From the IMG/VR virus record IMGVR_UViG_3300033067_001172, positions 1 to 43,714 of that record: DNA of 43,714 nucleotides; one strand, given 5' to 3'. How positions within the stretch are numbered: the first letter of the stretch is position 1; each line of letters starts with the position of its first letter. Below, in pieces: positions 1 to 8,070 of the stretch. The position numbers and the translations under genes were made by a program. Below the pieces are notes generated by a model, which searched no databases, was not told where the DNA came from, and worked only from the letters and a program-made list of their open reading frames with translations. The stretch comes from a virus (taxonomy: Duplodnaviria > Caudoviricetes).

Positions 1-677
1 GTTCTTGCAGTCCGGAGCAGACAAACTCTTCTTCATCGACGCCGATCTCGGCTGGACTGTTCCGGATTTCATTCGCGTTCTCGAATCAAGTAAGCTCGTC
101 GTCGGAGGGACTTACCCAGGTAAGGCCTTTCCAATCGAACTTATGGCGAACGCACTCCCGGAGCACAACGAGACCTTCGACTTCCGAGTGCGCTCACTCG
201 AGCAGCTTCAGGCGCTTGGCACGCAGTACGGGAACTCACGCGGTGAGGTCGAGGTCCGGCACGTTCCGACAGGGTTCCTCATGATCGATCGAAGCGTCCT
301 CGAGAGGCTCAAGCCTCACGTTCGCACGTACCACGCGCACGCACTCGGGACGAAAGAGGAGGTCACAATGTGGGACTTCTTCCCTTCGGGAGCGCAGTCC
401 TCCGGAGAGTACGAGAGCGAAGATTGGGCCTTCTGTCGTCTCGTTCGCGAGCACCTTGACTGTCGAGTCTGGCTCAGTACCCGCACAGTCCTCAGTCACA
501 CAGGAACTCACACCTTCAAAGCAGGTCACATATGAATATGCCGGAGAACTTCAGCTGCCCCGAGAATATGCGCGAGCACCTCGCAAAGGTATTCTCCGGC
601 GAGTACGACATTCCCCTTGAAGGTGATGGGTACAGGATCATAGACGTCGGTGCAAATTGCGGAGCCTTCGCAGTCTG
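1..677. repeat. Left copy of imperfect terminal repeat (partner 43038-43714)
   Basis: Ungapped alignment at offset 43037; hand count about 100 mismatches in 1-600 (~83% identity); 601-677 identical to 43638-43714. Confidence 0.95.
2..535 (+). CDS. GT-A glycosyltransferase-like protein, 5'-truncated (diverged allele of 42850-43572)
   Basis: DxD motif LFFIDAD, TGFLMI and SEDWAFC motifs; 16 aa differences from the full copy; frame open from the window edge. Confidence 0.8.
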   Translation, partial: FLQSGADKLFFIDADLGWTVPDFIRVLESSKLVVGGTYPGKAFPIELMANALPEHNETFDFRVRSLEQLQALGTQYGNSRGEVEVRHVPTGFLMIDRSVLERLKPHVRTYHAHALGTKEEVTMWDFFPSGAQSSGEYESEDWAFCRLVREHLDCRVWLSTRTVLSHTGTHTFKAGHI

Positions 678-1173
678 GGCTCTCAACCGTTGGCCGAATT
701 CAGAACTCTTCTGCTACGAGCCAGTTCCGGAGACTTTCGCCCACCTCACCCGCAACATCGTGCAGCTCACTGAAGGCGAAGCTGTCAACTGCACGCAAGC
801 TGCTGTGACTGGGCGCGAACCGGGCGAAGCCCGTATCTGGTTAGGGCTAAATAACTGTGGCGAAGCTAGTCTTTGGCCCGCGACACAACAAAGTAAGAAC
901 TCCGTCACGGTTCCGACAGTGCCTCCGCGCGAACTTCCGCAGGCGCACATCCTGAAGCTCGACTGCGAAGGGAGCGAATTCGAAATCCTCGACACGCTCA
1001 TTCGCTGCGAAGATCAGAACTTCCATGCGATCCTCGTTGAGTACCACTCAGATGAGCTCCGCAGGAAGTGCGATGCGATCCTTGGAAATTACGTCCTACT
1101 CCGGGCAGAAATGGCAGCTCCGAGTCGCGGAACGTTCTGCTACATACATCACTCCCTGATTAGCTACTCTTAA
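532..1173 (+). CDS. FkbM-family SAM-dependent methyltransferase
   Basis: IIDVGANCG SAM motif, YEP, LKLDCEGSE and VEYH motifs; ATGA overlap with the GT gene. Confidence 0.9.
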   Translation: MNMPENFSCPENMREHLAKVFSGEYDIPLEGDGYRIIDVGANCGAFAVWALNRWPNSELFCYEPVPETFAHLTRNIVQLTEGEAVNCTQAAVTGREPGEARIWLGLNNCGEASLWPATQQSKNSVTVPTVPPRELPQAHILKLDCEGSEFEILDTLIRCEDQNFHAILVEYHSDELRRKCDAILGNYVLLRAEMAAPSRGTFCYIHHSLISYS

Positions 1174-1316
1174 GTTCCGCAAGCGTCGAACTCGGCGTAG
1201 GAATTGACTGGCCTTAATTGGTAGATTAGCGGATGCAGGAGCCTGGTGGGATTCGAGTACGACGAGCTCCCGAAGTGTGAATTATGAGGTTAAGGTTACA
1301 GTAATTCCTCGAAGGC

Positions 1317-1577
1317 TCAAAGATTAATTTCCGGTAAGTGTTTCAGCTCCAGCATCCAACTTTTTGGCACCGTCAGGGCGCAGAGATTCTCCCCGTCCGT
1401 AGGGTCCAGTGAATGCGTCAACACGACGCAAGTTGCGTCTTCATACAGGAGCCAGCCAAGAGAGTGAATCACTGCGGGCGTAAGTTCGAATGCCTCCTCA
1501 AGGGAGCTCCATCCCGTAAGATTAGTTGCGTCTTGCCAGATAATGTAAACGGGTTTCCTCATTACTGCATCACTCAT
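1317..1577 (-). CDS. Conserved phage hypothetical protein
   Basis: W-x-D-A...GW...S-x-GWLL...VP pattern common in small phage proteins; 4-nt overlap with the phosphoesterase gene. Confidence 0.75.
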   Translation of the reverse strand: MSDAVMRKPVYIIWQDATNLTGWSSLEEAFELTPAVIHSLGWLLYEDATCVVLTHSLDPTDGENLCALTVPKSWMLELKHLPEINL

Positions 1578-2314
1578 AGGACTTCACCGTTCCAACGTCC
1601 GTTACTTCGCAGCGGCATCGGGATTAAGTGAGGATGTCCGCCGAGAATCATCAGGCATCCGACGATTCCCTTCTCGAGGGAGTTCCGCCCGTAAGCCTGC
1701 GCGAGGGACTTCGAGTCAGCGAGGCAGCCTACGTGCGCGCTCCAGAAGAGTGCGGTCGGATTCGCCCAGTAACTTACGTGAAACTTACTATGAAAGTGCC
1801 CCTCAAGGGAGCACATGCTCTGACGCTGACTGAGCTTACCCGCTGCTGAGGACTTCCCGTGATGGCAGTAAACTTTCGAACCATTACTTAACGTAAGGGT
1901 GAGATCAAAGTGCCAATTCCAGCCCTTCGGAGCGCAGAGCGCCTCTCGGTAATTCACGAGGAGCCTCCGGGGAATCCCCGCAGTCTTAGCCTTCCGATAC
2001 GCGAGGCTTCCGTGGTTCGACTCCAATACGTCCACCTCAGGAAACAATTTATATATGGGTTTCAGGAAATGAATCGCCTTCTCAAGTTCAGGTCCTGCCG
2101 AGTCTAGGTCTGGGTCTGATTCGTGATAACTCAAGGCGTGCGAGTCGATTTCATCGCCGAGACAAATTACGCGATCGGGTCGATACTTCTGCGCTACTGC
2201 CGCAAGAAACTTATGAGTATCCGGATGGCAAAATGGCATATGCATATCAGGTATGACTAGAACTCTAGCGTTCCTACTCATGCGTCTCATTAAAACATGT
2301 GAGTACTCGAGCAC
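1574..2314 (-). CDS. Calcineurin-like metallophosphoesterase (start may be 2290 or 2281)
   Basis: DMH, GDEID, SNH, HHG and GHFH metal-binding motifs. Confidence 0.9.
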   Translation of the reverse strand: MLEYSHVLMRRMSRNARVLVIPDMHMPFCHPDTHKFLAAVAQKYRPDRVICLGDEIDSHALSYHESDPDLDSAGPELEKAIHFLKPIYKLFPEVDVLESNHGSLAYRKAKTAGIPRRLLVNYREALCAPKGWNWHFDLTLTLSNGSKVYCHHGKSSAAGKLSQRQSMCSLEGHFHSKFHVSYWANPTALFWSAHVGCLADSKSLAQAYGRNSLEKGIVGCLMILGGHPHLIPMPLRSNGRWNGEVL

Positions 2315-2424
2315 TAGGTCCTAATTGAATTTACGAGACAAAACCGGACTGGACTTTCCAGCTTCATTAAGGCTTGAATGAAACTGTTACAGGGAGGCGC
2401 ACTCCACACAAAGGGCGGCACTAA

Positions 2425-2628
2425 ATGAATCAAACACCGGGTGAGTGGCGCGAATACTCAAGGCTCGTACTGACTGAACTCAAACGTCTGAATGAAGAAC
2501 AACGAAAGCTCCACAATAAAGTCGATATGATCTTAACTTTTAAGTGGCAAATTGTCGGAGCGAGCATTGCACTCAGTATGATTCTTACGATTGGGTTTCA
2601 GGTTATAGTTTTCATTTCAAGGGGGTAA
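2425..2628 (+). CDS. Small coiled-coil plus C-terminal TM protein, holin-like
   Basis: Heptad-like N-terminus followed by one hydrophobic segment; first gene of the lysis region. Confidence 0.6.
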   Translation: MNQTPGEWREYSRLVLTELKRLNEEQRKLHNKVDMILTFKWQIVGASIALSMILTIGFQVIVFISRG

Positions 2629-2637
2629 CGAGGATGC

Positions 2638-2823
2638 ATGGAATGTGAATCGTTAAATTACATAAGCGCCATTGCATTCCTAAGTTACTCAATCTTCGAG
2701 TACTGGATCGGACGCAGTCAGCGAACAAAGGCGTCGAGTTTAATTGAATTAACTGGTATTGTAATTGGATTCGTAGTGCTGAAACTAATAACTAAAGGAG
2801 CCAAGGATGGAAAAGGCATTTGA
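2638..2823 (+). CDS. Small two-TM membrane protein, holin candidate
   Basis: Two hydrophobic stretches, basic C-terminus, GAGG RBS. Confidence 0.55.
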   Translation: MECESLNYISAIAFLSYSIFEYWIGRSQRTKASSLIELTGIVIGFVVLKLITKGAKDGKGI

Positions 2824-3031
2824 ACTGAGCGCACTCGCAACAGAACTGAAGAATCAAGGACTCGAACTCGCTGAAGAATCAATGAAAGTTGCAGTCGTAG
2901 GTATATTTAATTGGATTGAAGCATCAGTTAAGCTGACTGCAAATCCTTACGATGACTTCTTCATCATGGCACGTCCGCAGATTGAAGCAGTCTTAAATCC
3001 AGTTGTCGAAAAAATAAACCCAGCCGACTGA
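2807..3031 (+). CDS. Hypothetical protein
   Basis: AAGGAG RBS; amphipathic helical sequence with NPYDD motif. Confidence 0.75.
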   Translation: MEKAFELSALATELKNQGLELAEESMKVAVVGIFNWIEASVKLTANPYDDFFIMARPQIEAVLNPVVEKINPAD

Positions 3032-3041
3032 GGGGAAACTC

Positions 3042-3137
3042 ATGAATGGGCAAATGATGATCGAGCTGCTGGGCATCATTATAGTCATTGGCGTAGCGAG
3101 TGCCTTTGCCATTTGTAAAGCGTTTAGGAACGAATGA
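3042..3137 (+). CDS. 31-aa single-TM peptide (below ORF-track cutoff)
   Basis: MNGQMMIELLGIIIVIGVASAFAICKAFRNE; GAGGGG RBS; fills the intergenic gap. Confidence 0.6.
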   Translation: MNGQMMIELLGIIIVIGVASAFAICKAFRNE

Positions 3138-3154
3138 GCGGGGAGAGGTAACTA

Positions 3155-3520
3155 ATGGTAAATCGAGCTGTTCGACTATTAAATGCTGCAACTTCTACTG
3201 GAGTAAGCGCCGCACAAAGGCCTAATTCCACAAAGAAAACGTTTCAATTAATCGGACGGACAACCTCAGGTTCTGGCTCTGCAATCGTAAAAATTCAGGG
3301 CTCCCTCACGGGGGGAGCTGGCAACGATCAATGGGTCGACATTATGACTATTACTCTTACATTATCTTCAGATGGAGCTTCGACGAATTCAGACGGCCAG
3401 GCCTCTGATTCAGCTTGGTCTTTCATTCGAACTAACATTACGACCCTCACTGGGACTGGTGCTAGCGTTGACCTTTATATGGGCGTTGAGGATTCGAGGT
3501 ATGGCAATTGCGAAATCTAA
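3155..3520 (+). CDS. Putative small virion/fibre-associated beta protein
   Basis: S/T/G-rich beta-strand pattern, GAGG RBS, overlaps the fibre gene start. Confidence 0.6.
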   Translation: MVNRAVRLLNAATSTGVSAAQRPNSTKKTFQLIGRTTSGSGSAIVKIQGSLTGGAGNDQWVDIMTITLTLSSDGASTNSDGQASDSAWSFIRTNITTLTGTGASVDLYMGVEDSRYGNCEI

Positions 3521-5820
3521 GTAAGAAGCTCAAAAATCTATTACTCGCTGTGGGGGTCAGTCACGGCATAAATAGCCCGACTCAGCTTCCAGACATGACA
3601 GGAAATTCGGGCAAATTCCTCACTACGAACGGATCACAGCCGTCTTGGGCAACGGTGTCTGGTGGTGGCGGAGGGGTTACAAGTGTCGGCCTATCGTTGC
3701 CAAATATCTTTACTGTATCAAACAGCCCAGTCACAACAACCGGGACGCTTACTGGATCATTAGCCACGCAGGCAGCCAATATGGTTTGGGCGGGGCCAAC
3801 GACTGGTGCAGATGCTGCGCCTACATTCAGAGCGCTAGTTGCGGCTGATCTTCCAAATACAGCGGTCACTCCAGGGTCATACACCAATGCAGACATAACT
3901 GTTGATGCTCAGGGAAGAATAACGGCAGCGGCAAACGGTTCTGGCGGCGGCGGTGGGTCTCCTGGTGGCTCAAATACGCAAATTCAATACAATAGTTCTG
4001 GCTCATTTGCTGGGTCAGCCAACTTTGTTTGGGACAATTCCAACAAGAAAGTTTCAATCAATTATCCTGGCGTTGGGACCGGACAACAAACATCTTTGCT
4101 TCTAACTAACTCAACAGCAGCAAGCGCCGGTAGCCAGCAAAAGAGCCCTTCTTTGCAGCTTCAAGGACAAGGTTGGAAAACCAACGCAACCGCTGCATCT
4201 CAATCGGTCGAGTGGACGCAACAAGTTTTGCCGATTCAGGATGCAGCGGCTCCGAGGTCTAGCTATTATCTAAGCTCATCCGTCGCTGGCGGCTCTTTGG
4301 TTGACGCTTTAAAGATTGATAGCCTGGCGTCGGGGTCAGTCGCTTACCCTAAAATTATTGGTTATGGCCCGCTGGTCGTTGATTTAGATGTGAACGGTAC
4401 GGCTAATCATCTTGAGCTAAAGAATGGGTCTGGCACTAAATCATCAAAGCTTGATTTCACTTTTGGCGGAACAAGCAAAACGTATTTAACCAGCAATCCT
4501 TCTGGCACGACTGATTTAGTAAGCAACGGGAATTTTAGTATCAAGCAAAACATTGCATCTCCACAAACCATGATGACCATTACCAACGCGGATGTAATTG
4601 TTTTTAGCCATTTCAGCGCTCAAACGGATGGCCGGATAAGCGGCAGAGCCGCTGTTGGCAGCGGTATGGGCTATGGCTCTACAAAACTTCGAGTTCATGG
4701 TTCTCAAGCCATGCTTGGAACTGTAATTAGCGGAACATCAACTAGCTACACCATTTCTGATTCTGCTGTACCGTCGTCATATTTTTACTGTGACACAACC
4801 GATGCCGCTGCGTGCACCGGGACACTTGGGGCCTGTAGTGATTACAGCTATGCGAATTGTCCAACTGCCGCTGGCTGCACTGGGGTTTCGTGTTCAGACT
4901 ATAATGAAACATCAAGCTCAACCTGCACGAACGCAAACGCAGCTTGCTCGTGGGGAACATCTGAGTGCTCTAATCACAACGACGATCAAAACTCATGTCT
5001 AACAAATAGCTGGCCAGATAACTATTGCACCTGGACCCCTCCTAGTTGCAATTCGTTTTTCTCAGCTCTAGATGCAACCCCATGCAACAATGCTTCTGGC
5101 TGTTCCACTACGTTTGCCGGCAATTGTTCGGATTATCACGGCAACCAATCGGGCTGCGAAAATAATGTTCTTGGCTGTGTTTGGAACGCCGGAACAAACG
5201 AATGCGAAAATAGCTACTATACGTCATGCGATGGATCTTATTCCGGGTCTTTGGGGACATGCTCAGGTGGGACCTATGACACAGGGGTTTGCAGCGGTAG
5301 TGCCTGCGCTGGGTCAGGGTCGTGCGCAACCATAGAAACGAGTACTCCATGCAATGCCGTTTTTGGCGGGGCCTGTACTTGGACGACCGGCATAGATATA
5401 TTTTTGCCAGCTATGTCGGTGGCTGGCATACATCTAGAGAGCGATTTGCCCTTAATTAACGTGAAGAAAATAAATTCAGGCGGAGGCTCTTGTAGAGTTA
5501 AGCCAGCGACCGGCTCTGGCGACACGATTGAAGGCGCGAGCTCGGAAACCCTAAGCACACAGTATGCTAGCGTAAAACTACACGGTGGGTATGCGGAGGC
5601 AAGTTGTAGCGCCTTTGACAATAACCAAGCCGCATGCGCTGCTGAGGTTGGCTGCAATTATGTTGAAAGCTGTAGCCAATGGGGTTCTAACGAGTATATG
5701 TGCACAAGCAACACCGGCTATGGGTGTACCTGGAATGCTCCGAATTGCGAAGGGACATACACCGGACCAAGCGCTTGTTCTGGAACATACGCAACCTTAC
5801 ACAAGTGGTTTAAGTGGTAA
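3508..5820 (+). CDS. Tail fibre/adhesin-like protein with nested Cys-rich modules
   Basis: Fibre motifs LPDMTGNSGKFLTTNG, VTSVGLS, GSYTNADITVDAQGRIT, GGSNTQIQYN; 34 Cys in the C-terminal ~345 aa; TTG start with GAGGT RBS. Confidence 0.8.
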   Translation: MRNLSKKLKNLLLAVGVSHGINSPTQLPDMTGNSGKFLTTNGSQPSWATVSGGGGGVTSVGLSLPNIFTVSNSPVTTTGTLTGSLATQAANMVWAGPTTGADAAPTFRALVAADLPNTAVTPGSYTNADITVDAQGRITAAANGSGGGGGSPGGSNTQIQYNSSGSFAGSANFVWDNSNKKVSINYPGVGTGQQTSLLLTNSTAASAGSQQKSPSLQLQGQGWKTNATAASQSVEWTQQVLPIQDAAAPRSSYYLSSSVAGGSLVDALKIDSLASGSVAYPKIIGYGPLVVDLDVNGTANHLELKNGSGTKSSKLDFTFGGTSKTYLTSNPSGTTDLVSNGNFSIKQNIASPQTMMTITNADVIVFSHFSAQTDGRISGRAAVGSGMGYGSTKLRVHGSQAMLGTVISGTSTSYTISDSAVPSSYFYCDTTDAAACTGTLGACSDYSYANCPTAAGCTGVSCSDYNETSSSTCTNANAACSWGTSECSNHNDDQNSCLTNSWPDNYCTWTPPSCNSFFSALDATPCNNASGCSTTFAGNCSDYHGNQSGCENNVLGCVWNAGTNECENSYYTSCDGSYSGSLGTCSGGTYDTGVCSGSACAGSGSCATIETSTPCNAVFGGACTWTTGIDIFLPAMSVAGIHLESDLPLINVKKINSGGGSCRVKPATGSGDTIEGASSETLSTQYASVKLHGGYAEASCSAFDNNQAACAAEVGCNYVESCSQWGSNEYMCTSNTGYGCTWNAPNCEGTYTGPSACSGTYATLHKWFKW

Positions 5821-5840
5821 TCAATAACCTGGGAGAATTC

Positions 5841-5933
5841 ATGAATTTGGATAACAAAACGCTAAAGCTAATCATTGTTGGAGTTGGCGTTGCTATTATT
5901 GTTTTCGCTTGCAAATATTTCGGAGCAGTTTAA
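5841..5933 (+). CDS. 30-aa single-TM peptide (below ORF-track cutoff)
   Basis: MNLDNKTLKLIIVGVGVAIIVFACKYFGAV; GGGAG RBS. Confidence 0.6.
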   Translation: MNLDNKTLKLIIVGVGVAIIVFACKYFGAV

Positions 5934-5942
5934 GGGGTATCG

Positions 5943-6368
5943 ATGTCGGTAACGATCAATGACGATCCTAGCAGCCTGAAGCCAACACCTCGGGATGAAT
6001 TTGCCGAAGCCTTAAAGCAGGCCGCGATTACCATTGGCAAGAAGGGGCTCATGCAGTTTCTAAGTAAGAAGATCCTAGCGTGGGCGGCAGGAAAAGCTTA
6101 CGAAAAACTCGTCACTAGCATCTGGACGATTGCAAATCCCATAGTTGGATTCTTCCTCGGCTGGATAGTCGTTTACCTAGTCAAAGAGACTGAATTTGGA
6201 ATCTTTTTCTGGTACATAGACACTAGAGCAACAAAACAGGGACGTGATTTCGTTGGTGCTGCACTAGTTAACCAACAAGTACAGCAGCACGGAACAGATG
6301 AGGAGAAGAAAAATGCAGAGAATCATCTTCGTGAAACTTTCTATAATCTCGCTTCTCTTCGCAGTTAG
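5943..6368 (+). CDS. Membrane protein, possible i-spanin-like lysis component
   Basis: Central hydrophobic segment; 3' end overlaps a lipoprotein gene in another frame. Confidence 0.5.
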   Translation: MSVTINDDPSSLKPTPRDEFAEALKQAAITIGKKGLMQFLSKKILAWAAGKAYEKLVTSIWTIANPIVGFFLGWIVVYLVKETEFGIFFWYIDTRATKQGRDFVGAALVNQQVQQHGTDEEKKNAENHLRETFYNLASLRS

Positions 6369-6663
6369 CTGCCAGACTGCACCGCCAGACGTGCCTTTGT
6401 GTGTTGAGCTAACGATGGATCGTGCGGCCTGCATTCACACTGTCTCTGGCAAAAAATTCGATATCACTAATGATAAGTTATTCGAAGATAAATCTTGGTG
6501 GGACCAACGTCACACAATGCTGATGATGCCAGCCAGTTCCTGGGCCAAGCTAAAGACCTGGATCATCACTCAATGCAAACGAACCAAGAGTTGTGACAAA
6601 GAAATATCTAGCTGGGACAGGACCATCGAATCTGTTGACTCAGCACTAGAGGCAAAGAAATGA
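6313..6663 (+). CDS. Lipoprotein, possible o-spanin
   Basis: Signal peptide with lipobox-like FAVS-C; GAGGAG RBS before ATG 6313; overlaps the upstream membrane gene. Confidence 0.6.
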   Translation: MQRIIFVKLSIISLLFAVSCQTAPPDVPLCVELTMDRAACIHTVSGKKFDITNDKLFEDKSWWDQRHTMLMMPASSWAKLKTWIITQCKRTKSCDKEISSWDRTIESVDSALEAKK

Positions 6664-7238
6664 AAACTTTCTCAGTTAAGCTTATTAAAATGTTATTGAG
6701 CTTACTTAAAAAAACCAAGACTAACGTTGAACCCACAAAACCGACGCCATCGGAAGCACCTCTTCCTGCAAAAGCTGCGATACCCCCTACACAATCGAGT
6801 AAGGATCAAGACGACCCTCCCTGGCTGAAAGCTGCTTACGGCGAACTTGGCATAAAAGAGCTAAACGGCACTTTTTATAATCCTAGGATCGTTGCTTACC
6901 ACATGACGACGACACTCAATAAAGTTGAAGCGGAAAGCGATGAAACTCCCTGGTGTTCTAGCTTCGTTAATTGGTGCATGGAGCAGTCTGGACGCAAAGG
7001 TACTGATTCTGCCTGGGCCCGCTCGTGGCTTAAGTGGGGATACCCCATAAATATCCCGTACCGGGGATGCATTGTCGTACTCTCTCGCGGAGAGAAGAAC
7101 GGACACGTCGGATTTTACATCAGTCAAACGCACAGCGAAATTCTCGTTTTGTCAGGCAATCAAGGTAATAAGGTTTGCGAAGCCTATTACCCAAAAGCCA
7201 GGCTGCTTGGATACCGTTGGCCGAAAGGAAAAGATTGA
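6660..7238 (+). CDS. TIGR02594-like (CHAP/NlpC-type) peptidoglycan peptidase, endolysin candidate
   Basis: PPWL..AYGELG, NPRIVAYH, DETPWCSSFVNWC, GHVGF and LSGNQGN motifs. Confidence 0.85.
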   Translation: MKTFSVKLIKMLLSLLKKTKTNVEPTKPTPSEAPLPAKAAIPPTQSSKDQDDPPWLKAAYGELGIKELNGTFYNPRIVAYHMTTTLNKVEAESDETPWCSSFVNWCMEQSGRKGTDSAWARSWLKWGYPINIPYRGCIVVLSRGEKNGHVGFYISQTHSEILVLSGNQGNKVCEAYYPKARLLGYRWPKGKD

Positions 7239-7903
7239 AAACGTTAAACTGTATTCTTGCGGGTGTTCTTATTTTGATCTTAGCATCGTGCACGCAGCTG
7301 CCAACAAAGCCGGCCGATAAACCAGTCACCGATGCGCCAGTTGTTGGCATGCCGTCAAAGATTGCGCTGCCTTGGGACGATAAACACGTCGACTCCGGCA
7401 AATGGACGCTTGTGCTTCAAAAAGAAATCATCAAAAAAGAAATGGTCAAATTGTCGCCGGTTGACATTATGTCATTTTGCCCCGGATACGCAAAAGCTGA
7501 CGATCAGGGCAAGCTCACGGCATGGATGCATTTATTTGCGATCATGGCGAAATATGAATCAAGCTACAATCCAAAGACGTTTTACATGGAGCCGCCGCCG
7601 CTTGGTTATAACTCGATTGGCCTATTCCAGCTGAGCTACGAGGACCAACCTAACTATCCAGAGTGCGCCCTTAGTAAGTCCGAAAAGAATCTCGAGGATG
7701 GCGTGCATAACATTAAGTGCGCAGTCGTGATTCTTGCGAAACTAATAAAAGAAAATGGTCGAATTGCAGGTAAAGTATCCGGTAAGTGGCAAGGCGGAGC
7801 CCGTTACTGGAGCGTCTTGCGCGTAACTCAGAACAACGGCAGTCCGCGTCCAGCATACGACGGAATCATTCGCCACATGAAGTCAGTCGCAGTTTGCAAA
7901 TAA
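7235..7903 (+). CDS. Lipoprotein lytic transglycosylase (SLT-like)
   Basis: TTG start overlapping the upstream stop; lipobox LAS-C; catalytic YES, GLFQL and ARYWSVLR motifs. Confidence 0.8.
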   Translation: MKTLNCILAGVLILILASCTQLPTKPADKPVTDAPVVGMPSKIALPWDDKHVDSGKWTLVLQKEIIKKEMVKLSPVDIMSFCPGYAKADDQGKLTAWMHLFAIMAKYESSYNPKTFYMEPPPLGYNSIGLFQLSYEDQPNYPECALSKSEKNLEDGVHNIKCAVVILAKLIKENGRIAGKVSGKWQGGARYWSVLRVTQNNGSPRPAYDGIIRHMKSVAVCK

Positions 7904-7942
7904 ATTAACCCATTGCACTTTGAGTAATTTCCTTAAGTTAGA

Positions 7943-7972
7943 GCCGAAGTTTCGCTGCATTACAACTTCGGC
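7943..7972. terminator. Inverted repeat between lysis and replication modules, possible terminator
   Basis: GCCGAAGTT-12 nt-AACTTCGGC; the adjacent A-tract gives a U-tract only on the - strand. Confidence 0.4.
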
Positions 7973-7977
7973 AAAAT

Positions 7978-8025
7978 AAGGTTACACTTTTCCCCTTGAC
8001 CGAAGCCACTCACCGAAACTAGCGT
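7978..8025 (+). promoter_or_regulatory. Operator AAGGTTACACTT plus sigma70-type promoter for the replication module
   Basis: 12-mer at 7978-7989; TTGACC(7996)-18 nt-TAGCGT(8020). Confidence 0.6.
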
Positions 8026-8070
8026 AAGTACATCTAGGGAAATAAACTTACTCTTTGGGGAAACAACCAT

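Noticed and set aside
1-600. Diversity-generating retroelement template/variable repeat pair with 43038-43637
   Set aside because: Mismatches involve all four bases, are mostly synonymous and are not adenine-specific; no reverse transcriptase is present.
1-677. True direct terminal repeat of the virion DNA
   Set aside because: Terminal repeats are regenerated each cycle and should be identical; only the last 77 nt are.
1238-1271. tmRNA 5' end or tRNA T-arm-like string GGAGCCTGGTGGGATTCGA
   Set aside because: No paired T-stem, cloverleaf or CCA end on either strand; the space is too short for tmRNA.
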